Notes: generated by a model from the letters alone, not told the origin. A stretch of DNA of 61,728 bases, filler included, from Choristocarpus tenellus KU-1152 (GCA_964200185.2; 6 parts of 6 records of this genome joined end to end with filler, not necessarily neighbours in it); one strand, 5' to 3'. Shown: positions 12,080-39,270, counted from the whole stretch's first letter. Program-made: numbers and translations.

Positions 12080-13270
12080 GTGATGAGGTTCAGTTTTCTT
12101 CCAGCTCTAATCTTTTGGACTATGTGGAGCAGAAACCATGCGCCCGCCTACGAGGAACACAGTCACCTCCCACCGAGTGATTGGACCCTGCCTCACAACA
12201 GTGGTACTCACATCAACAATCTAAGAGGGATGGATCCACCATACAAAGAAGTTACCAAGGATAAACGGAAACGTGACAAGATGGACAAGGGTAAATCCAA
12301 GACCACTGGCCCACCTGAAACAGAGCCTAGTCCAAGGAGGACACCTGGGCCAAGCACCGATATTCCATCGACCGATTCAGTAGATGGCGTCCTAAGAGAC
12401 TCGCTAGAGCAAGACGGGATGGGGGGGGATTCAGCCCAGGGACAGGTCACCCCGCAATATGACCAGCCCATCAGCAAATCGGTTTGCGGTACTGAAGGAA
12501 AGCTGCGAGTCCAAGAATTCAACACCAATTACGTCCCTTCGGGAGGACGTGGAAAAAATCCTGTCAGACTTCAGAGTTGGGCAACTCCAGGATTATGCAT
12601 TGGTGGTTTCGGCACTTCAGGCATCGTCAGATTCGAGATCGAGCAATACTCAGATAAGTTCAGTCACTGCTCAACTTACCAACAGACCACACATCCTTAA
12701 CACCTTGTCGGCCAAGGGCCTAACGCCAATCAAAATTTTTGAGTTGAACGAAGATGGCAGTGTGTCGCTGTCCCTGACCTGATCTCGGTATTCTCCGAAT
12801 TCCGGTCCCGAATTTGTTCGTTAGCAATGGTAAAAAAAATAATCGGTTCCGGTTAGAGAGCATGACACTTACGAGCAAACATTAGATGACTTGTGTCTCC
12901 AGAATTTCGTACACATGCACCCGTCTGGAACTCGTTGTCACAGCGCCATGCACGAAGTTTTTTTGCCACAACCCATTTTGCATCATGGGACCAGTTGGTA
13001 GAGGGATTTACTCGCCGGTTCGCATCAAAATTCCCCTTGGATAACTACTTCCGCACCACGATTCATTTGTACATGCCAGAATGGGAAAGGGCACGGGCGT
13101 TTGGTAGCAGAGTAGAACAGACAGTAGACAATTTAGTCCGTATCATTCCCGTCAACGAGAAAGGTCAACCGAGATTAGCCGACTGCCTGGCCATGTGTGT
13201 ATTTAATCTAGGAGTCTAACCCTCAATTTTGCGTGCCATCCGATCCTTCCCGAACCCCCCACGACTGATT
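12080..13270 (+). mobile_element. LTR-retrotransposon gag remnant (probably Ty3/Gypsy), frameshifted
   Basis: ORF 12893-13219 has a retrotransposon gag-like signature (ARSFF....FASWDQLVEGFTRRFAS...ERARAFGSRVEQ), preceded by broken ORFs in other frames. No pol seen. Confidence 0.55.
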
Positions 13271-13536
13271 GGACCCTTATTACGACAGGGTATAATATTT
13301 ATGTGGTAGTAAGGTGTATGTATTAAGGGGTAGAACTTCTAGTTTTAGTATGTAAAAAACATTGAATAATGATAGTAAGATATAGGATAGTAGAAAATGA
13401 GGGTATACCTACCCCTGTCATGTTACAATTTTGAAAATTGTTAGGGTCCGTTGTGGCATTTGGTTGAGGGGAGCAAGCCCTAAATTGTCCCTAGTGGACA
13501 CAGTAAGAGGTTCGTTAAACAGCCACCGCTCTGCTA

Positions 13537-26632
<13,096 letters not shown>

Positions 26633-27961
26633 AACAAGGCGTGTATGTCAGATGGTTTTAATGTGAGGTAGTTCGGGTCCAGTGGGTCTGATTTTTTTTA
26701 TCGATTGGAAGCAAAAGTATATGGGTAAAAGGTGTCTTTTCTGTCTATGCACCTGGAATAGTAGAGTGGGTGTGTATGGTGGAGGAATGTCATCATCTCG
26801 TGGGACTTGAAGACACTTCTTTGTTGGTGAAGGGAAGGATAGTGAGGACAATTTACAGGAAAAATCCTTGTACATGATGAAAGTTAATTTTGACATTTAA
26901 CAAATAAACAGCTAGCTTGAGATTTGTCGCATGTTACATGTTATATGAAGAAATACATTGAAGAGGTAAGAATGGAAGTTGGTCTTTTGAGGGTGAATCA
27001 ATCCTTAAACAATCAATACACATGAAGTATTATCATTGCTTGTATCTACAAATATTACTAGTTACTTAGATATGGAGTTGTAGGAATGGTTGATAAATAT
27101 TTTTATACTGTTTTCCAGGGTGGTCATGACAGACAACCCATGAGAGCACAATGCATTTTTATGTTGCATAGTTCCTTGTATAAGAGACTCGGTTATCCAT
27201 TTTGATCCTCATCCTTCTAGGTTTGGAGTAACACAGATATAACTGTGATCAACTATGTTGGATGAGCACTAAAGGCAGAGGTCTGAAGAGATGTTGAACT
27301 GGAAGCACACAATGAAGAGACAAGAGTAATTGGATACTGAAAAGATGAAAGTTGAGTATATCTTCCCAACACTTGAAGTATAGTGATGCAGCACTAACCC
27401 TAACCCTAAGTACAGAGAGGATCAGCATCTCCCCGGTAAAGAGGAAAGAGAATATTTCTATTTGGTTGTGTTATGACAATGTTTTTATGACAACATAGGT
27501 ATCTTCAAATCGAAAGAAGAAATCGCTACAAAAATATCATGCTTCCAACCAACACTATCTACAGTAATGTTGTACTTACATCAATATTAGTAACAAATCT
27601 GAGCAAAACAAACAACTTCCTGATTTATCTCATTTCATCATTTTACTCTAGGGAAAGCATTTTTGTCCAAAACCTGACCCAAACACAAAATTCCAATATC
27701 AAGTCAGTCACCCTCTTCACCAATCAACCATCAACCAACCATCCAAACAATTTAGTAAACATGTCACCACTTTTATGTATATACTGTTAATACTACTTTT
27801 TTTTAACTGTGAGGACAGAGAAGCACTGCAACAAACCAAAATACATGCCTTTCATGGCATTCTTTGAGAGTTATGGAGTAGTACACATACTCTTTGAGAA
27901 TATCATCTACTCAAATGTACTCATGCCTTGTCCCACCTAACCCCTTTAATGGCTGAAAGAG

Positions 27962-30900
27962 TTAAAGATTGTTGGCACCACTGCCAGGATGAGACTCATC
28001 ATCAGACAAGCAGAGACCGTGGCGATGGTGATGTTGTTGGGAATGCCCATCAAAACTGCCAGCTGGAAGGTCCCATTGATGTACCAAATCATGACCCTTT
28101 CTGAAATCCCTCAATTGAGAAGAAGCACAAGATGAAAACAAACCAAGGTGTCGCCATGACCCTAAAGGGACTGTCTGAGGTCCATAGAGAGATAAGAGGA
28201 CAGGAAGCACCGCAAGTCCCTGAAGTGCTCAAGTACAATGAAGGTGCAATGGAGGTTGTAATTGGTATTGGTACAAGCAAGGGTAAGGGTTGTAATGGTT
28301 ATGTAGTCATTTCTCACCATGCACATACATAGTGGCAATGGCAAATATAGATTGCAAGGGTAACACTATCCAGAACACTCACTCAAGCATGGACACTTCA
28401 CACTCTCCAAAAACCTAGTGCATTCATCAATGTACTCAGGGGGAAGGAGGGGGGGGGGGCAGTCAATACCATACCTGAAAACCTCCAGCAATGATAACAC
28501 AAATGTACATTCGAAAGTAGTACAGTCTGAAGAGTAGAGAAGGAGCAATGCACAAGACGCTAACCCCTACCAGCTTTGTCAGGGTTATGCCTGTTAGCAC
28601 TGAAGAGCCAGTGTCCTTCATTGCCGCTGCAGCTCTCTCTTGCCTGCCAAACAACAAATGGGTTATGAGACCCACCTCTTAAAATTGATTAAAACTGACT
28701 TCACAACCTTTTCTTGAAGAGGAATTAGTGATCACTTGCTGATGAAATACATGGGGTGATGACCTGCTTTATGAACAACAAAAATCAGGCATTGGTGAAG
28801 GTCAAACAACAATCAAGAAATTGCTGGAACAAGGACACTCACTCTCTTCATGGTATTATCTGCCATCACTCCACAGAACTAGCCCCAATTGTGTCTGTTG
28901 ACTGCACATACCTGCTACCTGCTTTCCTCTCAAAGGCAGTTGCAATGTGCAAGCAGAACTCAACAGACAAACCCAAAGCCATTACCTGGGAATGGTAACA
29001 AGCAACAAACACCAACACAAAGATCTTTAGGTCATTGGGTTAATGAAATGGGTCATTTGGGTATAGATACATAGATACCACCGTTGGACAAGTAAAGAAA
29101 ACTTGGTAAAACAAAAGAGATTAGAGCAGGCAGCGAATGCTGTGTACACCCCCCCCCCCCCCCCCCCCCAGCCACCCGGCGACCGACAAAATAATCATAA
29201 TTAATGAAANNNNNNNNNNAAAAAAAAAAAAAATTGGAAAAAAAAAAAAAATAAAGCCAGGCCGAAAATGTTGTTTACCCCCCCCCCCCCCCCCCCCAGG
29301 GACATGCCGATACACTATAATAATTTGAATTGCAGTAGCTACAATTTCCTCCGTTTGGAATTAAATGTAGCATAAGTTTTTTAAACTCCCTTCTCGTCTG
29401 GGAATGGCCCATGTGATAAACCCTCTGGATAAGGCTTAGTTCTCATATACATTGGGAGACGTGCAAAGTTGAGATGGTGAGCTGCCTTGACTGTGGAGGA
29501 TTACACCAGTGCAAAGTCGACCAAGTCACATTTGAAAGGGTTCGTTCCATCTTGATGTAGCAGGACATGATGTAGCAGGACATGATGTAGCAGGACAGGG
29601 CAAAGCCACACACTAATGGGAGGGGATCATGGATGCAATTGAGGAGGCGGCAGCGGATGACATTGTCATAAGACACCCAGCCAGCCAACTCACTTGACCT
29701 CAACATCAACGACCTGGGATTCTTTTATTCCATCCAGCTACTGAAGGAAGAAGTGGGGGTGACCAATACAGAGGAGCTGGTGGAGGCCACAATGAAACTG
29801 TTTGATGTATACCCCCGGGAAGCACTAGAGCGTGTCTGGCAGAATCTCTTCACAATCTACAGTGAAGTACTCTGGTCCAACGGGTGACAACACCTTCAAA
29901 ATTTTCCATTATAGCAAGGAAAATGCTAAGAAGGCGAGCGAGCAAGCTCCCCCTGAATGACACAGTGCATGTGGCGAAAATCCGTGCTGGAATGGAGTTT
30001 TGGAGGGCTTTGGGGGTGGAATCATAGATAGGTGTAGGCTGCCCCATTTTGGTTGAGATTTTTGTGGCAACCTCTTAGTGCCAGCAAAATACACACAATA
30101 AAATATTAAAATATTAACACATGAAAAAAAAATGTTGCTTCTTTGTTGGGGTTGTAAAAATTATATGACATTTAATTCCAAACAGAGGAAGTATGATAGA
30201 ACTATCATAAAACAGAGTAGGTATTTCTTCTAAAACAGAGTAGGTATTGCTACTAGCAGAGTAGGTATTGCTTCTATAGACATGAAGTAGTGACTGCTGA
30301 AATTATTACTTCATATTCAAATACTATTTAAATTGCCATACTGGTCCCCTTTCCTTAACCCCCCCCCTCACCATAGTACTAATGGATTGTATTTTCAGAA
30401 TGCCCCCCATTCCTTCCTCACACAGGTATTTATTTGAAGATGTGAGATGTGATCATATATAGTTGATATAATGGCTCTACTTGTAGGACGCAACAACCCC
30501 AGCAGGCATTTAGTACCTTTGGTTGTCTTTAATAAATAATACTTCATACCTTTAATTGTCAGTCTGCCACAGCGATATTTTGCAGGAATCCCTCTAATCA
30601 AGTTCATGTCTAGTAAGTGTCCACAAAGACAGCAAATGACACTCCACCCAACACAACAAAAGAGGAGTCCCTGAGACATTTAAATTAACAGAAACAATAA
30701 TAGCAATAGTAATAATATTCGTAATAACAAAAATTAAAACTACCAATATGGAATATATTCAAAATCAGTGAGAACACACCTTCCCATCTTCCCCTCACCA
30801 AAAGAGGAATGGGAAAGGTGTTCAAGACATACATTACAACATTCACACATTACTCATCACAACATTCCTGTACAGTACCAGTATACTTACCATTACCATT

Positions 30901-33900
30901 ACCATTACCATTACCTCACATTTCCTGAGGATATCAGCGGTAATTGGAGAATTTGTATATCTGTCTCAAAGAATTTGGTTCAAGACATACACACAATGCC
31001 ATACATGCTTATGATATTCAAATTATGCTACTGCATAGAAAATATAGTAGATATTAATTGAAAATGTAGATGCTTATTGAAAATATAGATGTTTATTGAA
31101 AACAGTGAAAATATAGTAGAAAATAACCCAAATCTTTTCATTTTTATTTTTGTTGTACTACTTAAGGGATACCTGTCACCTTACAAACTAAAAAAAAGAG
31201 GGGAGGGATGGCTCCACCCACTAAACTTGATTAAACTATACTATACCTAGTACCAATGTTAAGAATAAAAGTTAATACTATGCTGCACAGCAACAACAAA
31301 ATATTTTGAATATACTCCATAAAATAGCCTCGCTGTGATACCTGAGGTACTATCATGGGTACACACACATACACACTTACACAGTGATGAATCAGTTCGG
31401 AGTTTACTAAGTGTAATGATCATGGTCAAAGGAAAGTACTCTCAATCCACTCTACCAAAAGTGTTAGTGTGCTTACCAGGTTACAAACTGAAACTGCATT
31501 GATGGACACCTTGGAAGGCGAAGACGACACTTCCCCCCACGCCCACACCTGAGACATGTCAGTGTATGTCAGTGTACAAGTATGGTATGTGCATGTCAAA
31601 TCACATCATATATTTTATTGTTTATTGTTTTATCGACCTGTCTCATTCAAATGTAAAAGAAATATATGGACATGACAAATGTTCAACTATGTATTCATGA
31701 GATTGTGTTGATTGTCTGTTTCCAGTCTTGGAGTTGTATAAGTACAGGCATGCCTGTCACTAACGTCTGTCACTAATATCACCACTACCCCCACTCTGCA
31801 GGTACAAAATACACTCTAACCCTAACCTTTTAGACACAATAACATATACACTACATCGGGGAGTTGGTATTCTTAAATGATCAACCAATTGAGTTCAAAA
31901 AATAATGATAGAGATCAATAGTAAATAGTAACAGTGGGTGGTTAATCATGTGTAGAATACCATACTACCATAACCCTGAGGAGATTATGATTTACACCAT
32001 ACAGACTTTATTGTTGTACTTTGTATTTGGTAAAATAATTAATATTACTAGATAAAATAGTTGAAATACTTGATGTAGGTTAACGAAGTGAAGTATGTCA
32101 GAACGGAATTTAAAAAAAGAACAACTCCTGACCTGCTGACTAACCACCAAACAACCCTAACCCCTACAGTACTTTCTTGCTTACTTATTCCATGTAAGGA
32201 ACAGTTACACATATCAGATTATGGCAAGCCTGGCTGACAGCACCATCACACTACTTATAACAAAAAAATAAATGTGGAATCAACCCCCCTCTAGCAGCCC
32301 TTCCCATTTCAGGTATCACTCACCAATCCCACAGTTCCAATTGCAGTGGAGAGTACAAGGGTAGTGACAATTGTAGCAGTAGTGAAGCCTGTTAACACTG
32401 CAACAGACAGCAGTACCACTCCCACACCTAACATCATATTCTGGAGTGCCACACCCTAAATATAAAAAACAAAATTGTGTAAAAAGTTGGAGGCAGGTAT
32501 ACTGTATGTAGTATACTGTAAGTAGTATATTGTATGTAGTACACTGTATGATGTGTACAGTAGTATCATATACAATCATATCTCAATGTCATTGAACACA
32601 GTGTTATATGGCACTATACAGTACTATCAGTATCACTACCTACAAATATGACAATAGCAAACAATGCACCTTGTAACTGACTAATTGTAACTGACTAATT
32701 GTAACCGAATAATTGTAACTGACTAATTGTAACTGACTAAATGTAACTGACTAAATGTAACTGACTAATTGTAACCGAAGAGAACATTCTGTTCACATCA
32801 ACAGTATGAAATCTATATCCCATATTTCCATCTGTGATTTCTTGTGTGATGCCAATAGGCATTATCTTCAGTGTCAACATATTCTTAGCTAAGAACAACT
32901 AAAGGAATATACATATTATCAAGTGTGATATAAACTTTGATATATGACATATTCTTGAAGTTAGTAGGAAGAAGTAATGCACTTGTCATTGAAGCACCCA
33001 AGCAGTTGAGGGTGGAGGTGAAGGGGAGCAAGAGGTATCATGATTGTTATTGATAAGGTATGATGATTGTTATTGATTAAGGCAACAGAACAGCAAGGTG
33101 CAGGGAGGAGAAAGGGATGATCTGATCAGAATCATTTTAAAAAATTAAGATCAAAAATAACTAATTGTCATTCCAAGGTAAAATGTTCAGTAAACACAGT
33201 AAACAAATCAAGTGATTCATGGTATACAATGTAAATGTACATTGTATGATATCTAGTACATTGTATGATATCTAGTACAGTTCAGTTTATGTGACAAACA
33301 CATTTCACACATTTTGATGACTCGATCGATCTTATTACCAATCTTATTATCAATCTTATTTTCAATCCCATTACCAATCCTATTATCAATCCTATTATCA
33401 ATCTTATTACCAATCCTATTATCAATCTTATTATCAATCCTATTATCAATCTTATTATCAATCTTATTATCAATCTTATTTTCAATCCCATTACCAATCC
33501 TATTATGAATCCTATTATCAATCTTATTACCAATCCTATTATCAATCTTATTATCAATCCTATTATCAATCTTATTATTAATCCTATTATCAATCTTATT
33601 ACCAATCCTATTATCATATTATCAATCTTATTGTCAAATTGCGGATGATACATAGTAACGACCTGCCCTTAATAAAACAAGAGTAAGGCCATAAATCGCC
33701 TCCATAAAATGTGTAAAGGTTAGTTGCCAATAAATTTCACTGTCAGCTCCAATTGACTAGTGACCAATGGCTACCTACAAAAGAAAATTTAAAGAAGAGA
33801 TGTCACTGCAGAAAATATCAATGTATATCAATGTATATCAACGTTTGATCATACTTCTACTAGTATTAGAATATATTTGTATACAATAAAAAAAATGAGG

Positions 33901-34448
33901 GTAACTGTATGTTGGTAACATTTTCAAGACTACAGGATGGAGGCTTTATTTGAATACAATAATAAAATAACAGAGTTCATTAGTACTACCCCATTAACAT
34001 TGCAATTTACACTTATTTAATAGTAGAAAAGATATGTATTATTGAAATCACAAATAATATTACTACTACAAGAGGTATGGCACAATCCACACAGGGGAAA
34101 GCACATCACACAGCCAAAACTGAAAAGAAATTTTTCACTTCAGCAGTGCGTGGATATACTATACTATACTATACAATACTATACTATACTATACTATATA
34201 ATACTATACAATACAATACAATACAATACTATACTATACAATACTGTACTATATAATACTATACTATACTATACTATACTATACTATACTATACTATACT
34301 ATCCTGTTACTATGTTGAACATGTATGATACCTGTATGTAGGTGTACTGTTCATAAAAGACAAAGTAAATGCTGTATGGAAAGGCCAGGTTCCCCAGTCC
34401 TCCATGTGTCCTTTGTCCCTCATACCTCTCTGATACATTATCCGCAAG
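27962..34448 (-). CDS. NPC1: Niemann-Pick C1-like / Patched-family sterol transporter, 3' part only. Exons: ~34448-34332, 32455-32324, 31548-31477, 28985-28912, 28643-28475, 28219-27962
   Basis: Spliced translation gives AFPYSIYFVFYEQY, SINAVSVCNLVMALGLSVEFCLHI, GSSVLTGITLTKLVGVSVL, LFRLYYFRMY and GLAVLPVLLS, the NPC1 C-terminal motifs in order, with GT-AG junctions and consistent phases. The 5' boundary is uncertain and upstream exons are lost at the contig break. Confidence 0.88.
29345..30191 (+). mobile_element. Internally deleted Tc1/mariner (plant-mariner DD39D-like) element in an NPC1 intron
   Basis: TIRs tttcctccgtttggaattaaatgt and acatttaattccaaacagaggaag, with TA after the right end. 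Transposase remnant QDRAKPH...QPANSLDLNINDLGFFYSIQ...DNTFKIFH contains stops and frameshifts. Confidence 0.88.
32672..32776. repeat. 14-bp minisatellite (ttgtaactgactaa), ~7 units
   Basis: Directly visible. Confidence 0.9.
33328..33637. repeat. 12-bp minisatellite (atcYtattatca), ~25 units, with 120-bp higher-order repeat
   Basis: The variant pair atcttattttca-atcccattacca recurs exactly 120 bp apart. Confidence 0.92.
34155..34303. repeat. (TATAC)n pentanucleotide microsatellite
   Basis: Directly visible. Confidence 0.92.
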
Positions 34449-35176
34449 CTGGTTGTCACCATTAGTGTTAGTGTTAGTGTTAGTGTCATCATTAGTGTTA
34501 CTGTTGGTTTAATTGTTAGTGTTAGTATTAGTGTTATTATCATGGTCATTATTAGTGCTATTATTAGTGTCATTGTCAGTGTTAATGTTAGTGTCCATTG
34601 TGTACAGGGGGATGAGGTGTAAGGGTTGGACATCCACTGATAGTAATACAATCAGTAGTCCTGCACTATTGGTAATAATAAAAATAATAATAATAACAAA
34701 CATATAATAAACATAAAAACCACCATAATACTACCTTGATTTTGTTTTTCACATGAGCACACCATTTCAACAAGGCGGGTTGTGTTGAAGTTGACAAGCT
34801 ATATACCTATAAAAAGGGGGGAATCCATCGTAGGACATTGCTGATGCTCCTATGAGACCATTAGAGGGGTACATACCTAATACATACACCCACAAACGGT
34901 CTAGAGCACCATGCATACAGCAACTCAGCACTCACCAAAACAAAATAATTCTTAATTTTATCCTTGTAATAGGTTGTACCTTTTATTTGTAACATCTCCT
35001 TGTAATAGGTTGTACCTTTCATTTGTAACATCTCCTTCGCTATTAATCTCCTCAATCATCAATCATACTACTATTCTCCTGTAACTGACATAACTACAGT
35101 TACAAACAGGGGAGAAATGGATCAACAGCACTGCATTGATGCTTCCTCTTCAAATGTACCAAGTGCCTTATTACAC

Positions 35177-35915
35177 ACTACCACACTACCATACTACCAT
35201 ACTACCACACTACCATACTACCACACTACCATACTACCATACTACCACACTACCATACTACCATACTACCATACTACCACACTACCACACTACCATACTA
35301 CCACACTACCATACTACCATACTACCATACTACCATACTACCACACTACCATACTACCACACTACCACACTACCACACTACCATACTACCATACTACCAC
35401 ACTACCACACTACCATACTACCACACTACCATACTACCACACTACCATACTACCATACTACCATACTACCACACTACCATACTACCACACTACCATACTA
35501 CCACACTACCACACTACCATACTACCATACTACCACACTACCACACTACCATACTACCATACTACCATACTACCATACTACCATACTACCATACTACCAC
35601 ACTACCACACTACCATACTACCATACTACCATACTACCACACTACCATACTACCATACTACCATACTACCACACTACCATACTACCATACTACCATACTA
35701 CCATACTACCATACTACCACACTACCATACTACCACACTACCATACTACCACACTACCACACTACCACACTACCACACTACCATACTACCACACTACCAT
35801 ACTACCACACTACCACACTACCATACTACCATACTACCACACTACCACACTACCACACTACCATACTACCACACTACCATACTACCATACTACCATACTA
35901 CCATACTACCACACT
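35177..35915. repeat. 8-bp satellite (ACTACCAY), ~92 units, running into the contig end
   Basis: 8-bp period with only a C/T variant seen at one position. Confidence 0.97.
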
Positions 35916-36015
35916 NNNNNNNNNNNNNNNNNNNNNNNNNNNNNNNNNNNNNNNNNNNNTTAATTAATTAANNNNNNNNNNNNNNNNNNNNNNNNNNNNN
36001 NNNNNNNNNNNNNNN
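35916..36015. other. Artificial contig linker
   Basis: N44-TTAATTAATTAA-N44. Confidence 0.97.
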
Positions 36016-37487
36016 GGGTCGCCCCCCCCCCCCCCCCAGATACTTTGGGTCAATTCCTGTATCCGTCTCAGTACCTGGTTCTTGAAGTGACTTGCTGTAT
36101 CGCTCACCCAAACCTCTGGCACCTCCATTATTGTACACCACCTGCGCAAATGTCGTGCTGTAGTCTCGTCATTGCACGTCTCAGATGGTTCTAGCTATGT
36201 GAAACTGCTTATGTCATCCACTATGACCAGGATGTAGTCGTAACCTTTGCTCTTGTCCAGACCATTACCCTCCAATGGCCCGCTTTCACCTGGGTACACA
36301 CTCACCAGCCTTGAAATCCATGCAGTTCAAGCAGTCCTGCACAAACTCCGCCGTGTCTGCCTCCATTGTAGACCAAACACAATACCCCTTTAGCCACTGT
36401 ATCGTTGCTGGCCTGCCACGATGCCCAGCTTCTCCCATGTGTGCACACACCATCTGGCGTGTCTGCAGATCCTTTGCCTCATCAGGTATCCACATTGGGA
36501 CTATTTTCTCAGCACCCACCTGCATCATGCCATTCTGGTCTTGATGCACATGGTATGCAGAGGTCATAAATCCTCCACTTGCATGCACTGTCACACCTCC
36601 TAGGCCCTTGCTAGCTGCCAGGTGCGCCTCATGCACCACCGCTTTTGATGGCAGGGTGTCCTCTCCCTGCACCTCCATAGACATGGCTACAGCTCGCACC
36701 ACCACCGCAGGGACATCAGTCCACCTGGACAACAAGTCCCCCCCAAAGTTTCCTTCTCCAGCGATGTGCTGGATGGTATAGTTGTAATGTCCCAGGCACA
36801 TGACCCAATGCAAAAGACGTTGAGTTGTGGCCTTGGACAGATCTGTGACACACAAGGATGGAAAAAAGATATGTGGGAGATTGCAATGGTCATAAAATAT
36901 GTGGATCACCTGCCAGAGCACCCACTCCAGGCGCTGTTAAGTCCCCACAATGATGAACACTGCCTTATTCACCGTGACCCAGCGTAGCTGTGATCAACTG
37001 AAAGAACAGCTCAGGAATCGCAGAGGCTCATGACTCATATTTTCCACTGCCACACCTCCATTCGGCTCCACCTGAGGGAGCTGTGTAACAAAACACCCCC
37101 AGTGCTTGTCAGAGGCATCTGGAGACATCAGCACAGCACTCCCCTCCCTGAGGTGTGAGAGCTCCGCCACCTATGAGACCATGTTCACCACGCTGAAATC
37201 TGTCACAAGCCGGTAGCCCCGCCCCCCAGCTTGGGCAAAGCCAATGATGGGCTGCTCCATACAGCCTGTGGGTCAGCCTCAGCATCCCCAGTAGGGTCAG
37301 CAAGTCAATAATCCTGCCACCCAGCTCTGTCGCTCCGGATGGTACACCCTCGGTTTGGCCTTCACAGGAGTTGTCCCTTCCTTCAGCACCACCCATATGG
37401 GCTCCACCGTGGCAGGTGGATCAAGCCCCAAGGATACCCGGAACACATTGGTCCGGATTGCTATCTCTTGTTGTAGGCGCTCCCAGG

Positions 37488-38044
37488 TGTCAGAAATCAA
37501 GGTGCAAGAGATCAAGAAAGTCTATCTACAAGGTCCAGAGTGCATGGCAAAGACAAGAGAAGCCACGGAGCTAGTTCTGCAGTATTATACAGGCTAATCG
37601 AGCAAGCACGATACTACTTAGCGCTTAGACCAGTTAGAATAAAGTACACCAATATTTATATATACAATGTATTGCATTCATTGTTGTATATTACTGTTTC
37701 ACTTGACGTTGAAATACAACAATAATTATACACACAATGTATTGCATACATTGTTGTGTAGCATTATTGTTTGGTATGACTGTTTGAATTGTACTTGAAG
37801 TGTTATGGATTCTTGAATGCACTTGCACACCTGATCTTTGGTTCAGCAAAGGCCCCCCTCTCAGATTTGGTGCTCACTTATCTTTTCTCAGTTGTCTCGA
37901 CTCCTTTATCCTTATCCTCACTGATAGAAGAACTACTACAAACTTAATAACAGAGATACTGAGAACATCAACGAATAACTCTTGATTCCTCTTCGGGACT
38001 CGCAAGCGCCAAGTGCCCAGACTATCTACGAGATATTTCCGACA
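37488..38044. mobile_element. Solo LTR (557 bp) inserted in the Gypsy pol
   Basis: Ends TGTCAGAAAT...ATTTCCGACA. Perfect 5-bp TSD CCAGG at 37483-37487 and 38045-38049. Removal restores the frame (MPLGAW|ERLQQEI). Confidence 0.92.
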
Positions 38045-39270
38045 CCAGGCACCCAAGGGCATCCTGGCCCTTTGTGCCTCTTGTAAGGAGGTTTCTAAGG
38101 CCAAGCCTCGTTCGTTTTCCCCCTCTCCAGGTTCCATCATGAGCTCAGGACCTTGTTCCAGTAGTGTAGAGACGGGGTCATTGCCTCTGTCAAGATGAGC
38201 AGTCCCCATGCTCTCCTGCATCACCTCCACACTAACACTCATACGCTGCATAGAAGCAATATCTTGTTCCAGACCCGCAATGTGCAGTCCTGTTTTCCTT
38301 CGGACTGCTTCCTCAAAGGATTGCTTCATGTTAAAGCCTAATACGTCCTGCAATGCCTTGCTGCCCACAATTAACACATCATAATTGCCTGGTATAACCG
38401 CCAAGACAAGATTTCTCACCACCATAAGCCCATAGCCCGAGTGGAGTGCCACATATTTAAGGGACGATTCACGTTCCGCAAGGACTCAAACCATTTGCTA
38501 TCTTTATGGGCTGGTGGGGAGGCTTTGATAGCGCTGCTCCACCAAAATGCTGCTGCATATTTTTCACCAGGCTCCCAGATGTGCCTGTGATCCCTGACCC
38601 TGGGTCCATCAGGGCCTTCATACTGAAAGGCAACTTCCCATGCATGTTGACCTCCACTGGTGTTACATCTGCTGTACCATGGTAGCTCAACTTTTCTACA
38701 TCCACCCCTTCCGTAGCCAGGGATGCACCCTCATGAGTGCCCTGGATTTTCCGTAGGTCAGCATGGATCAATGTTGGGATCCGGACTTGGCGGCAGCAGA
38801 GGCCTCCCATGATCCACATCATCAGGAACCATCTCATTGACCCTCACTGCCCTGCCACTCGTACTCTCACCGCGAGTGCCTTGCCAGAACTCGGTAGTAG
38901 GCTGTGGAGCTAGCCCCTGCTGACTCCTTGTACCTTGGGCTGCACCTAGACGGCTTGTTCCTCCCCCTACACTCGAGGGTTGCTGTCTGGCACCCCCCTT
39001 GGTCCAGATCTCCTCCCAGGGTCTGTACCTCTACCAAGATGCTGTGGGTGCCCCAACTGCTGATGCTGCTGCTCCTTGCGGACTCCAACCAGCAAGCTTT
39101 GGCATTGAGCATGATTATGCCCAACTTTCCCACATGCATCAAAAGTCCGTTGGAAATTGTTCTTCCTCAAACTTAATCCTTTGCCAGGTGTACCTTCTCT
39201 TGGCTTGCCCATCGTCTCCCCAAACTTAGGCTTCCCCTCTTGGTGTTTGCCACCAGGTTCGCCTTGCTTG

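Noticed and set aside
29121-29315. Poly-C/poly-A segment with Ns as a distinct element
   Set aside because: Low-quality homopolymer sequence with no definable ends or TSD.
33282-33653. Hydrophobic LIIRLIIG-repeat ORF as a membrane protein
   Set aside because: It is the translation of the 12-bp minisatellite.
34735-34806. Candidate extra 72-bp NPC1 exon (VYSLSTSTQPALLKWCAHVKNKIK)
   Set aside because: It has AG/GT ends and an open frame but no convincing similarity to NPC1, so it was left out.
35177-35915. Possible novel telomere repeat
   Set aside because: The C-rich strand runs towards the right contig end (wrong polarity), and the array lies where NPC1 intron sequence is expected.
35117-35971. 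Long ORFs (284 and 275 aa) of repeating HTTILPYY
   Set aside because: Translation artefact of the 8-bp satellite, which has no stop on this strand.
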